Below, in pieces: positions 36,654-45,698 of a stretch of 64,000 nucleotides of DNA. Every line of letters begins with the position of its first letter. Position 1 is the first letter of the stretch. A program made the translations under genes and the position numbers. Below the pieces are notes generated by a model that saw only the letters and a program-made list of their open reading frames with translations, was not told the origin of the DNA and searched no databases. Source of the stretch: Deltaproteobacteria bacterium (lineage in GTDB: Bacteria; Myxococcota_A; UBA9160; SMWR01); assembly GCA_032128115.1 (NCBI GenBank), contig JAQBHB010000047.1, forward strand, positions 96,001 to 160,000, written 5' to 3'.

Positions 36654-37622
36654 ATGAGTGACGAAGACGGGCTCATCTGCGCGTACCGGATCAACGAGCA
36701 CGGCAGGGGTGAAAGTCTCGACTGGAGCGATCTCTCTGCCGGCGACCGTGGGTTTCTCTGGGTCCACCTCGATCTGGAATCGGAACGCGCCAGGCAGTGG
36801 GTACGAGAAGAGAGCGGGCTCTCGGAGATCGAGGCCGATGCCGTTCTGGCCGAGGAAACACGCCCGCGAGCCACCTCAATGGGAGAAGGGCTGGTCCTCA
36901 TCCTGCGTGGCGTCAACCTCAACCCCGGCGCCGATCCGGAAGACATGGTCGCCGTTCGCATGTGGGCCGATGCGAATCGCGTGATCAGCGTGCGCCGTCG
37001 GCGTTTGCTCGCAGTGGCGGATGTTCGCGAGAGCCTGGCCACCGGCCGGGGCCCGAGAAATGTGGGTGAGTTCATCGCCGAGCTGGCGGAGCGGCTCGTC
37101 GAGCGAATGGCTGGCGTGCTTGGGGAGCTGGACGAGGACCTGGATGCGATTGAAGAGGGCGTCGAAGTCACAGCAACGGGCCACACTCGCGCGAGGCTCC
37201 TCGAATTGAGGCGCCGCGCCATCTCGTTGCGGCGCTACCTCTCTCCGCAACGGGACGCACTTGTGCGGGTCGCGACCGAGCGGATTCCGTGGTTGGGCGA
37301 GCGGGAACGCCTCCAGCTGCGAGAGGTGTTGGACCGGACCACGAGGTACGTCGAGGACCTGGAGGCCGCGCGCGAGCGCGCTGCGGTCACGCACGAGGAG
37401 CTGGCGGGTCGCCTCTCCGAGGAACTCAATCAGCGCATCTATGCGCTGTCCATCGTCGCTGGCGTCTTCTTGCCCCTCAGCTTCGTCACGGGCCTGCTGG
37501 GCATCAACGTGGCGGGCATCCCGGGCGCGGAGACGTGGTGGGCGTTCGCGGGGGTCAGTGGCTCTCTTGTCTTTCTCGCACTGGGTGAGATCGTTCTGTT
37601 CCGCCGGCTCGGCTGGCTCTAG
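36654..37622 (+). CDS. zntB: ZntB-type CorA family zinc transporter
   Basis: WVHLD, ETRPR, LRGVNLNPGADPEDMV, RRYLSPQR, GIN signature. Confidence 0.9.
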   Translation: MSDEDGLICAYRINEHGRGESLDWSDLSAGDRGFLWVHLDLESERARQWVREESGLSEIEADAVLAEETRPRATSMGEGLVLILRGVNLNPGADPEDMVAVRMWADANRVISVRRRRLLAVADVRESLATGRGPRNVGEFIAELAERLVERMAGVLGELDEDLDAIEEGVEVTATGHTRARLLELRRRAISLRRYLSPQRDALVRVATERIPWLGERERLQLREVLDRTTRYVEDLEAARERAAVTHEELAGRLSEELNQRIYALSIVAGVFLPLSFVTGLLGINVAGIPGAETWWAFAGVSGSLVFLALGEIVLFRRLGWL

Positions 37623-39138
37623 CGGATTCCTCGCGCGCGGCGAGGCGCCGAGCTACTGGCTCACGCGCTTCGTATTCCTTCGCGGCCTGGGATTGCTGTA
37701 CTTCGTGGCCTTCTTCTCGTTGGCGAACCAGCTGCTCGCGCTGATCGGCTCCGAAGGGCTGCTGCCCGTGCAGCTCTACCTGGATCGCATCTCGCCCGAG
37801 GGCATGGGACCCGTCGGCGTCTTCCTGAATCGCCCCACGCTCTTCTGGGCGAACGCCTCGGACGAGATGCTCCTGGGTGCCTGCTGGGTCGGCGTGGCGC
37901 TCTCACTGGTGGTCGCGTGCGGCTATGCGAACTCGCTGCTGCTGCTTCTGCTGTGGTTCCTCTACATGTCGTTCATCCACGTGGGGCAGACATGGTTCAG
38001 CTTCGGGTGGGAGATCCAGCTGTTGGAGACCGGCCTGTTGGGAGTGTTCCTGTGTCCGCTCCTGGATGGGCGGCCGTTTCCGCGCACACCGCCTCCCCAG
38101 GCCGTGGTGTGGCTGCTGCGCTGGCTGATCTTCCGGATCATGATCGGTGCCGGGCTCATCAAGCTGCGCGGCGATCCCTGCTGGCGGGATCTCACGTGCC
38201 TGCTCTACCACTATGAAACCCAGCCGGTTCCCCATCCCCTGAGCTGGCTCCTGCACTCCATGCCCGCCTGGTTCCACAGTCTGGGAGTGGGGCTCAATCA
38301 CTTCGTCGAGCTGGTGGTTCCCTGGTTCGTATTCGGGCCGCGGCCCGTGCGGCACGCGGCGGGCGTTGCCCTCGTGGGCTTCCAGGTCGTCCTGATCCTG
38401 ACGGGAAACTTCGCGTTCCTGAACCACCTGACGATCCTGCCCGCGCTGGCCTGCTTCGACGATCGCCTGTGGCAACGTGTGCTTCCCGTACGTCTGGTGG
38501 CGGCCGCAGGTCGCGCGGGCGAGCGAGCGCGCCCGTCGCGCGCGCAGACCGCCACGGTGGGAGTCTGGGTCGCGGTGGTGGCGGTGCTGAGCATCCAGCC
38601 GGTGCTGAACCTGCTTTCGGAGCGTCAGATCATGTCCACGTCATACGACCCGATCCACGCCGTGAACACCTACGGCCTGTTTGGCAGCATCGGGCGTCAT
38701 CGCAACGAGGTGGTGCTGCAGGGCACCCACGACCCGGAGATCACCGAGAACACGGTCTGGATCGAATACGAGTGGAAGTGCAAACCGGGCGATCCGCGCA
38801 AGCGGCCCTGCCTGATCACGCCGTACCATTACCGGCTCGACTGGCTGATCTGGTTTGCCGCCCTGTCGAACTACGAGCGCCACCCGTGGCTGGTCCACCT
38901 GGGCTGGAAGCTGCTGCACAACGACCCGGGCGCTCTCAGCCTGTTGGCGCGCAACCCGTTCCCGGACGAACCGCCCCGCTTCGTGCGGGCCGAGCTGTAT
39001 CGCTACACCTTCACGCGCCCGGGAGACGACAGCGATGCGTGGTGGACGCGTCGACACCTGCGCGCCTACATGCCGCTGCTGTCCACCGACAGCGAACCGC
39101 TCCGGCACTTCCTGAGCCGCTACGGGTGGCTTCCGTAG
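37585..39138 (+). CDS. Lipase maturation factor (LMF1) family membrane protein
   Basis: YWLTRFVFLRGLG, FGWEIQLLETG, IKLRGDPCW, HYETQP, VNTYGLFG, CKPGD, PYHYRLDW.IWFAA. Start uncertain (overlaps zntB). Confidence 0.88.
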   Translation: MRSFCSAGSAGSSGFLARGEAPSYWLTRFVFLRGLGLLYFVAFFSLANQLLALIGSEGLLPVQLYLDRISPEGMGPVGVFLNRPTLFWANASDEMLLGACWVGVALSLVVACGYANSLLLLLLWFLYMSFIHVGQTWFSFGWEIQLLETGLLGVFLCPLLDGRPFPRTPPPQAVVWLLRWLIFRIMIGAGLIKLRGDPCWRDLTCLLYHYETQPVPHPLSWLLHSMPAWFHSLGVGLNHFVELVVPWFVFGPRPVRHAAGVALVGFQVVLILTGNFAFLNHLTILPALACFDDRLWQRVLPVRLVAAAGRAGERARPSRAQTATVGVWVAVVAVLSIQPVLNLLSERQIMSTSYDPIHAVNTYGLFGSIGRHRNEVVLQGTHDPEITENTVWIEYEWKCKPGDPRKRPCLITPYHYRLDWLIWFAALSNYERHPWLVHLGWKLLHNDPGALSLLARNPFPDEPPRFVRAELYRYTFTRPGDDSDAWWTRRHLRAYMPLLSTDSEPLRHFLSRYGWLP

Positions 39139-39142
39139 TCGA

Positions 39143-39745
39143 CTATTGCCCGCTCGAGGCGGGGGCGATGCCGCGCAGGGCCAGGTCGACCATGGGGCCC
39201 ACCATGCGCGGGCTCACCTTGCCGCCGGTGAAGAACAGGCGCACGGCGATGGGGCCCACCACGAGGTCGGCCGCCAGCTCCAGGTCCAGGTCGGGCGCAA
39301 TCTCGCCGCGCCCGACGGCCCGCTCGAAGGCGCGCACCAGCGGCTGGCGGCGACCCTTGATCACCGGATCGAACAGCTCGGAGAGCTGGGGGTCGTGGGC
39401 GCGCTCTCCCGCCAGGCTCGGCAGCACGGCGCCCAGGGGCGTCGAATGGAACAGCTGCAGGTAGCTGCGCAGCATCTTCTTCAGGTCTTCCACCAGACTC
39501 CCGGTGTCCACTTCCTCCAGGCGGGGCAACTCGCGGAAGGCCTCGATCACCAGCGGCAGCTTCGAGGGCCAACGCCGATAGATGGTGGCCTTGCCCACGC
39601 CCGCCCGGGTGGCGACCCCCTCGACGGTAAGCGCCGAAAATCCCACCTCCACCAGCAGTTCGAGGGTCGCGTCGAGAATGGCGCGGTGGGCCTCTTCGCT
39701 GCGCGGGCGGCCGGCACTCGACTGGTTTTCGCTGCGCGAACTCAC
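39143..39745 (-). CDS. TetR/AcrR family transcriptional regulator
   Basis: GRPRSEEAHRAILDAT...VEGVATRAGVGKATIYRRWPSK; GTG start with AGAGGA RBS. Confidence 0.93.
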   Translation of the reverse strand: MSSRSENQSSAGRPRSEEAHRAILDATLELLVEVGFSALTVEGVATRAGVGKATIYRRWPSKLPLVIEAFRELPRLEEVDTGSLVEDLKKMLRSYLQLFHSTPLGAVLPSLAGERAHDPQLSELFDPVIKGRRQPLVRAFERAVGRGEIAPDLDLELAADLVVGPIAVRLFFTGGKVSPRMVGPMVDLALRGIAPASSGQ

Positions 39746-39794
39746 GCTACGGTCCTCTGGGGCCGTTGTCCGGCTGTCACCGGGAATGGCATTT

Positions 39795-39813
39795 ACGATA
39801 CTATACGTTTCGT
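39795..39813. promoter_or_regulatory. Palindromic TetR-type operator
   Basis: ACGATAC-TATAC-GTTTCGT, an AT-rich inverted repeat between tetR and the divergent flavoprotein gene. Confidence 0.7.
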
Positions 39814-39867
39814 TCTTGATCATCCCGCGCTCCGTGGCCCGGGAGTCAGCGATACGGGAGACGACGC

Positions 39868-41526
39868 ATGGCCGGCGCACCTGGAAAGTGGGACCTGGAA
39901 GTCGATCTCGTGGCGGTCGGCTCGGGCCTGGGCGGTGTCTCGGCAGCGATTGTCGCCCGCGACCGCGGCCTTTCCGTCGCGATCCTGGAGAAGGCTCCGC
40001 GCCTGGGTGGGGTGTCTGGATTCGGCGGTGGCGAGGTGTTCGTTCCCAACAACCACAAGATGCGCGAGCTGGGGATCGAAGACTCGGACGAGGCCGGGCG
40101 TCAGTATCTGGAATTCCTCACGGCCGGGTTTGCAGTGCCCGCTCATACCCGGAAGCTGCTGACGACCTGCAGGGAAGCGATCGAATACATGGGTCGCGAG
40201 GCGGGCGTGAAGTGGATCGCCGTGGAGGGACTTCCCGACTATTACTACCCGAAGGTTGCCGGTGCCCACGCAGGCGGCCGCTATCTCTCGGTCGATCTGT
40301 TCGAAGGATCGAGCCTGGGCGAGTGGCAGCAGAAGACCTATTCCATGACGCCCCACGTGCCGCCGGGGGCGCTCCACAAGGAGATGTATGCCTGGGGTGG
40401 GCTCGCCCGGGTGGTGGAGTGGGATTACGAGCTCATCGGGCAGCGGATCGCGAAGGATCTGCGAAGCTTTGGCCCGGGCCTGATGGGGTATTTCGTGAAG
40501 GCCGCGGTGATCGACCGCGAAATCCCCGCGTATACCGACACGCCTGTGCGCGAGCTGGTCACCGAGAACGGAGAGGTGATCGGAGTTCGCGCCGAACGCG
40601 ATGGCGCCGACTTCTTCGTGCGTGCCCGCCGGGGTGTGGTCCTCGCCGTTGGCGGCTACGACCACAACCGGGAGATGGCGCGCCAGTTCGAGGGCATGCC
40701 CGACTGGAATTCGGCTTGCCCGCCCTACCTGGATGGGGACAACATCGTGATGGGGGGCGAGATCGGCGCAGCACTTTTCGCGGTGCCCTCGCAGAACCTG
40801 GGCATGTTCTACGGCTACAACATCCCGGGCGAGGAGACCGACGGAAAGCCCCTGTACCGGGCATCGTGGGAATGCGGCGTGCCCCACGCCATCTGGGTGA
40901 ACAAGAAGGGCGAGCGCTTTTGCGACGAGGCCACCTACAAGGACTACCAGCCGCGGCTGCGCCAATGGGACGGTCAGAAGCAGGAGATGCCCAACATCCC
41001 CCCCTGTCTGATCTTCGACCAGAACTATCGCGACCGTTATCCGTTGGGCTCGTTCATGCCCGGGCAGGAGATTCCCGCGGAGCTGGCCGTGCAGGCAGAC
41101 ACGCCTCGCGAGCTGGCCGGGAAGATCGGCGTCGATCCGGATGGGCTCGAGCGCACCCTGGATCGCTTCAACCGGTACGCAGAGAAGGGCGAGGATCCCG
41201 ATTTCAACCGGGGCTCGTTTGCGTGGTCGGTGCGCCTGGTGGGCGATATGTCGTACCCGAACCCCTGTATCGGCCCCCTGAACAAGCCGCCCTACTACGG
41301 GGTGCGCCTGGTGCCGGTCAGCGTGGGCATCAACTCCCACGGACTCAAGACCGACACCGACGCCCGGGTGATCCACCTGCGCGGCCACGTGATCCCTGGT
41401 TTCTATGCCGTGGGCAACTCGGCGGCCCTCCAGGACCTGGGCGGTGGCTACCAGAGCGGGACCTCCAACATGCGTGCGATCACCTGGGGCTACATCGCTG
41501 GCCGCCATGCGGCCGACGAGGACTGA
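39868..41526 (+). CDS. FAD-dependent oxidoreductase, 3-ketosteroid dehydrogenase (KstD)-like
   Basis: VGSGLGG, ILEK...GG, PDYY, RRGVVLAVGGYDHN, GERFCDE, GEDPDFNRG, GFYAVGN. Confidence 0.85.
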   Translation: MAGAPGKWDLEVDLVAVGSGLGGVSAAIVARDRGLSVAILEKAPRLGGVSGFGGGEVFVPNNHKMRELGIEDSDEAGRQYLEFLTAGFAVPAHTRKLLTTCREAIEYMGREAGVKWIAVEGLPDYYYPKVAGAHAGGRYLSVDLFEGSSLGEWQQKTYSMTPHVPPGALHKEMYAWGGLARVVEWDYELIGQRIAKDLRSFGPGLMGYFVKAAVIDREIPAYTDTPVRELVTENGEVIGVRAERDGADFFVRARRGVVLAVGGYDHNREMARQFEGMPDWNSACPPYLDGDNIVMGGEIGAALFAVPSQNLGMFYGYNIPGEETDGKPLYRASWECGVPHAIWVNKKGERFCDEATYKDYQPRLRQWDGQKQEMPNIPPCLIFDQNYRDRYPLGSFMPGQEIPAELAVQADTPRELAGKIGVDPDGLERTLDRFNRYAEKGEDPDFNRGSFAWSVRLVGDMSYPNPCIGPLNKPPYYGVRLVPVSVGINSHGLKTDTDARVIHLRGHVIPGFYAVGNSAALQDLGGGYQSGTSNMRAITWGYIAGRHAADED

Positions 41527-41536
41527 GGCGAGAGCG

Positions 41537-42127
41537 GTGGCCGAGGCCGAATACTCGACGACGGCGAAGCTCCCGGTGAATACCATCTGGGAATTCGTCA
41601 AGGAGATGGACAACTGGGCCCGCTTCCTGAGGGGCTACCAGAGCCACGAGAAGGAGAGCGAAACCGACTCATTGTGGACTCTCAAGGGCGAGCTGGGCGC
41701 CATGGCCCGCACGCTGAAGTTCCGTGTCCACATCACGGAGTGGGCGGGCCCGGAGCGCGTCAGCTTCGAGCTGGTGGGATTGAACGAGGCCATGCAGGGC
41801 GGTGGTGAGTTCGTGATGGGAGCCTGGGAGGAGGGCGCGGCGGCGGAGCCCGCGCCCGTTGCTAAGAAGAATCCGATTCTTCGCCTCTTCGAAGCGGTCG
41901 TGCGTTTCGTACTGGGCCTGTTCGGCGGCGGAGCGCCCCCGCGCGCGGCGTCGGCCGGCGCCGGCCCTGGCGAAGGCATGGCCAGGCTCAGCTTCCGGCT
42001 GCGCATCGATCCGGGCGGACCCATGGCGCCCATGGTGAACGCCCTCATCAAGCCGGTGTTGCTCCCGGCTGCCGAGGATCTGGCCAACCAGATCATGGCC
42101 CACCTGGAGTCGCAACAGGCGGGTTAG
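41537..42127 (+). CDS. SRPBCC/CoxG family protein
   Basis: IWEFVKEMDNWA..L.GY..H, WTLKG, GGPMAPMVNALI. Confidence 0.8.
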   Translation: MAEAEYSTTAKLPVNTIWEFVKEMDNWARFLRGYQSHEKESETDSLWTLKGELGAMARTLKFRVHITEWAGPERVSFELVGLNEAMQGGGEFVMGAWEEGAAAEPAPVAKKNPILRLFEAVVRFVLGLFGGGAPPRAASAGAGPGEGMARLSFRLRIDPGGPMAPMVNALIKPVLLPAAEDLANQIMAHLESQQAG

Positions 42128-42172
42128 AATCTGGGTCACGCACTCACCGCAGCGGGCGCCCGGTCGGACTCC

Positions 42173-42523
42173 ATGAAGACTCTCGACGTCTACTTCCAGG
42201 CCCTGCGGGACCGGGATTGGGAGGCGTTGGCCCAATGTGTGGCGGAAGGGGTGGAGCGAAACGGCCCCTACCTGGATGTCGTTCGGGGCCGAGCGGCCTA
42301 TGCGGCGTACCTGGCCAAAGTGCTCCCCACGCTCGAGAACTACCGGCTCGAGGTCTCGAGGGTGCGCGCGCTCGACGGGGGCGGCGCGATCGCGGAAATC
42401 TGCGAGATCGTCGACGTGGACGGCGTCGCGACGCGGTTCCCGGAGGCCATCTTCTTCGACTTCGACGCCGGCGGACTCATCGCGACCCTGGATATCTACC
42501 TGAAGCAGCCTCCGCCGCGGTAG
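42173..42523 (+). CDS. NTF2/SnoaL-like protein
   Basis: YFQALRDRDWEAL...RGRAAY...FDAGGLI. Confidence 0.8.
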   Translation: MKTLDVYFQALRDRDWEALAQCVAEGVERNGPYLDVVRGRAAYAAYLAKVLPTLENYRLEVSRVRALDGGGAIAEICEIVDVDGVATRFPEAIFFDFDAGGLIATLDIYLKQPPPR

Positions 42524-42589
42524 ATCGATTCGTCCGATCGCCCGACCGACGTGGTAGCCTGGGATTCCCGTAAGGAGAAGGAGTCCCCC

Positions 42590-42997
42590 ATGAAGATCGA
42601 AGGTGGATGCTATTGCGGCGCCGTCCGCTACACCGCGGAGAGCGACCCGCTGTTCAAGGGCCAGTGCCACTGCCGGGAGTGCCAGTACATCTCGGGCGGA
42701 TCGCCGAACATGGTGATGGGGATGAAGGAAGCGGGCTTCGCCTACACCCAGGGCGCGGCCAAGGCCTTCATCCGGAAGGATCTCGAGACCCCGGTGACGC
42801 GGGAGTTCTGTCCGGCCTGCGGGACGCATCTGCTGAGTCGCGCCCCGAGCGTGCCCGGAGCCGTGCTCCTCAAGGTGGGAACGTTCGATGACCCGAGCCT
42901 GTTCGGAATGCCCCAGATGGCGATCTTCACCATCGACAAGCAGAGCTTCCACCACGTGCCGGAAGGCGTCCCGACTTTCGAGCGCACGCCGGGCTGA
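42590..42997 (+). CDS. GFA/CENP-V family protein
   Basis: GGCYCGAVRY, CHCRECQ, FCPACGT. Confidence 0.92.
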   Translation: MKIEGGCYCGAVRYTAESDPLFKGQCHCRECQYISGGSPNMVMGMKEAGFAYTQGAAKAFIRKDLETPVTREFCPACGTHLLSRAPSVPGAVLLKVGTFDDPSLFGMPQMAIFTIDKQSFHHVPEGVPTFERTPG

Positions 42998-43003
42998 AGC
43001 CGG

Positions 43004-43414
43004 CTAGGGCTGTCTTTCGAAGCTGCGCAACCCGTCGGGAACCACGACCCAGGGCTGCTTGGATCGCGTCCACACCTGGAATCCCGGTTCCAGCCACGAT
43101 GTGTCGTCCAGGGTTCCCGGTTTGATGTTCAGGGTTCCGTTCATGGACTCCGGGTCGTGGTAGATGCGGGTGCCGCAATCGGGGCAGAAGTAGCAATCGA
43201 CCTTGTTCCCGTTCGCGGCGGAACGCGAGAACATCTTCGGCACGCCCGAGAGCATGCGAACCGATTCTGCCGGAACGATCAGGCTCATGCCGAAGGCACT
43301 TCCCGATTGTCGCTGGCACTCCGTGCAGTGGCAGATCGTGAGCGCCAGCGGGTCGGCCTCGAGCCGGTATCTCACGTGGCCGCACTGGCAGCCACCCTCC
43401 CTTGCATCACTCAT
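43004..43414 (-). CDS. GFA/CENP-V family protein
   Basis: GGCQCGHVRY, CHCTECQ, FCPDCGT. Confidence 0.92.
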   Translation of the reverse strand: MSDAREGGCQCGHVRYRLEADPLALTICHCTECQRQSGSAFGMSLIVPAESVRMLSGVPKMFSRSAANGNKVDCYFCPDCGTRIYHDPESMNGTLNIKPGTLDDTSWLEPGFQVWTRSKQPWVVVPDGLRSFERQP

Positions 43415-43536
43415 CTCGTCCTCCCGACACTGCCAATGGTACGCCTTCGAGGTCGGCGCGGGTGGGGGATGATCGCCTATCATGCGGTCTCGTGGGTCTG
43501 GGCCCGCGGGCCTGGATCCGCGCGAGGAGGGAGATC

Positions 43537-43992
43537 GTGCGAACCGCTACCGCCGTCGTGACCGGCCTGATGCTTGTCCTGATCGGCCTGATGCTGGTTG
43601 GCTGTTCCCCGTTCGTGACGATTCCGGGAGGCGAGCTTTCGGGCTCGCTAGAGCCCACACCGTCCGATTGGTCCTTCTCCGACGCCGTCGAGACCGTGCA
43701 GCTGGAAACCCGGCCAGGCGATCCGTATTCGGTCAACGTCTGGGGCGTGGGCGTGGGTTCCACGTTCTACCTGGCCGCGGGCGATGCCCAGAGCCGCTGG
43801 GCCCGCAACATCGACCGGGATCCGCTGGTGCGCCTGAAGATCGGCGAGGGGATCTACGAACTCCGCGCCAGTCGCACGGACAATCTGGCCGAGATGGACG
43901 CGTTCCTCGCCGGCGCCAAGAAGAAGTACGATTTCGAGCCGAACGAAGAACAGCGCGCGAACGCGTCTCTCTTCCGTCTCGAGCCGCGCTAG
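43537..43992 (+). CDS. Exported split-barrel (DUF2255/nitroreductase-like) lipoprotein, paralogue 1
   Basis: Lipobox LVGC, PGGELSG..P..DWSF, LETR...YSVNVW, W..NI..DPLVRL. Confidence 0.75.
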   Translation: MRTATAVVTGLMLVLIGLMLVGCSPFVTIPGGELSGSLEPTPSDWSFSDAVETVQLETRPGDPYSVNVWGVGVGSTFYLAAGDAQSRWARNIDRDPLVRLKIGEGIYELRASRTDNLAEMDAFLAGAKKKYDFEPNEEQRANASLFRLEPR

Positions 43993-43998
43993 GCGCGC

Positions 43999-44538
43999 AT
44001 GTCCACGATCCGCCCGGGCGCCGGGTGGCACGGGTCATGCCTCGCGGGGATCGCCGTGGCGGTGATGGGTGTGGGGCTCGGATGTGGGCCCTGGGGGCCT
44101 CGGGGCATTCTGCCGGGCGGTCCGTTTGTGGGAAGCGCGCGCACCGATCCGGTTCCCGACTGGTCGTTCAGCGACGAGCATCCGCTCATCGCGATCGAGA
44201 CCAGGGGCTCTCTCTTCCGGCATTCGGTCACGATCGTCTGCATCGCCAGCGGAGGGAAGCTCTATGTGATGGCGCGGCACGCCCCGCGCAAGCGCTGGGT
44301 GCAGAACATGGAGGCAGATCCGCGCGTGCGGCTGCGGGTGGGAGAGGGGCTGTACGCCGGACGTGCGGTGCGTGTTCGCGACGAAGACGAGGCAGGGGAG
44401 GTGGTTCGCGCCTTCCTGCGAAAGTATGTGGGACTCGACGTCGAGCGAGCGCGCGCCCTGGGCGGGCCCCCGGCGAGCGGTGACGATCGAGCCGAAGTCT
44501 GGACGTGGCGCATCGATCCGATGCAGGCGGACTCGTGA
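43999..44538 (+). CDS. Exported split-barrel protein, paralogue 2
   Basis: GLGC, PGGPFVG..PVPDWSF, IETR...HSVTI, W..NM..DPRVRL, F.RKY. Confidence 0.7.
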   Translation: MSTIRPGAGWHGSCLAGIAVAVMGVGLGCGPWGPRGILPGGPFVGSARTDPVPDWSFSDEHPLIAIETRGSLFRHSVTIVCIASGGKLYVMARHAPRKRWVQNMEADPRVRLRVGEGLYAGRAVRVRDEDEAGEVVRAFLRKYVGLDVERARALGGPPASGDDRAEVWTWRIDPMQADS

Positions 44539-45071
44539 GACCCGGCGGGCGCACCCTGCGGCGCATTCTTTTCATCGCGGGACTCGGTGTGGCGGCCGTC
44601 GCCGTCTGGGTTCGCCTTCTCGGGGGCGGCCCGGTCGTTTCCGGCATTCCCGGAGGTTGGCTGCGCGGCGAGACCGTCGGCGATCTTCCCAGCGATTGGT
44701 CGTTCGCAAACCGCGCTCCCTACCTGCTCGTGGAAAGTCGGGCCTGGACCCTGCCGTACTCGGTTCGCGTCTGGTTTCTGGCGCACGGGGGTCGCTTGTA
44801 CCTGCTGCTTCCGGACTTCTTCGGAGACGGATTGCAGCGCCGGCTGGCCGACGATCCGCGCTTGACCGTGGCCCTCGGTGGTCGTCTTCATCCACAGATC
44901 GCCGTGCCGTTGCCCGCTGGGGCCGACCTTTCCCCGCTCGTGCGCCCCGTGCTCCGCCGTCAGTTCGCCATCGAGGTCGAGGGTCGCGTGCGACCCGTGC
45001 GCGGGGACGACGCGTCGCGTGCCGGGATGTCGATCTATCGTCTCGACGACCCACCGCGGGAGGCGCAATAG
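44535..45071 (+). CDS. Membrane-anchored split-barrel protein, paralogue 3
   Basis: N-terminal TM segment, PGGWLRG..PSDWSF, VESR...YSVRVW, DPRL; GTGA coupling to paralogue 2. Confidence 0.7.
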   Translation: MRPGGRTLRRILFIAGLGVAAVAVWVRLLGGGPVVSGIPGGWLRGETVGDLPSDWSFANRAPYLLVESRAWTLPYSVRVWFLAHGGRLYLLLPDFFGDGLQRRLADDPRLTVALGGRLHPQIAVPLPAGADLSPLVRPVLRRQFAIEVEGRVRPVRGDDASRAGMSIYRLDDPPREAQ

Positions 45072-45680
45072 ATGATCAAGCTCTACCACGCCCCGAACAC
45101 CCGCTCGGTTCGCATCCTGTGGCTGCTGAAAGAACTCGAGCTTCCCTACGAACTCGAGCGGGTGGAATTCAAGGTGCCCGTGGGCGCGTTCTTCAGCCAG
45201 GCTACGCCCCTCGGGAAGCTCCCGACCCTCGAAGACGGCGACGTGGTGATGTGCGAGTCCGGTGCCATCGTGGAATACATCCTGGAGCGCTACGGAGACG
45301 GGCGCCTCGCGCCCGCGGTGGGCTCTCCGGAGCGGGCGGCATTCCTGCAGTGGGTGCACTTCTCCGAGAGCACCGCCTTCCCTCCCATGGGAATAATCGT
45401 CTGGCTGTCGCGCTACCGCGAGGGAGCCGACCACAACAAGAGCCTTCTCGCCGACGCCCGGGCCCGGGCATCGGCCGGCCTCGAATTCCTCGAGCGCGGG
45501 CTCGGGCGCAACGAGTACCTGCTGGAGTCGGGTTTCTCGGCAGCCGACATCATGATGGGGTTCACCCTGGTGGCGGCTCGCCTTCTCGGAGTGCTCGATG
45601 ATCGGTATCCCGACCTCCAGGCCTACACGGCGCGCCTCGAGGCGAGGCCGGCCCTCCAGAAGTCGCTGGCGGAGGGGTAG
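45072..45680 (+). CDS. Glutathione S-transferase family protein
   Basis: LYHAPNTRS.RILWLL.EL, PLGKLP, ESGAI, FSAADIMMG. Confidence 0.93.
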   Translation: MIKLYHAPNTRSVRILWLLKELELPYELERVEFKVPVGAFFSQATPLGKLPTLEDGDVVMCESGAIVEYILERYGDGRLAPAVGSPERAAFLQWVHFSESTAFPPMGIIVWLSRYREGADHNKSLLADARARASAGLEFLERGLGRNEYLLESGFSAADIMMGFTLVAARLLGVLDDRYPDLQAYTARLEARPALQKSLAEG

Positions 45681-45698
45681 AGGGCAGTTCATGCCTCG

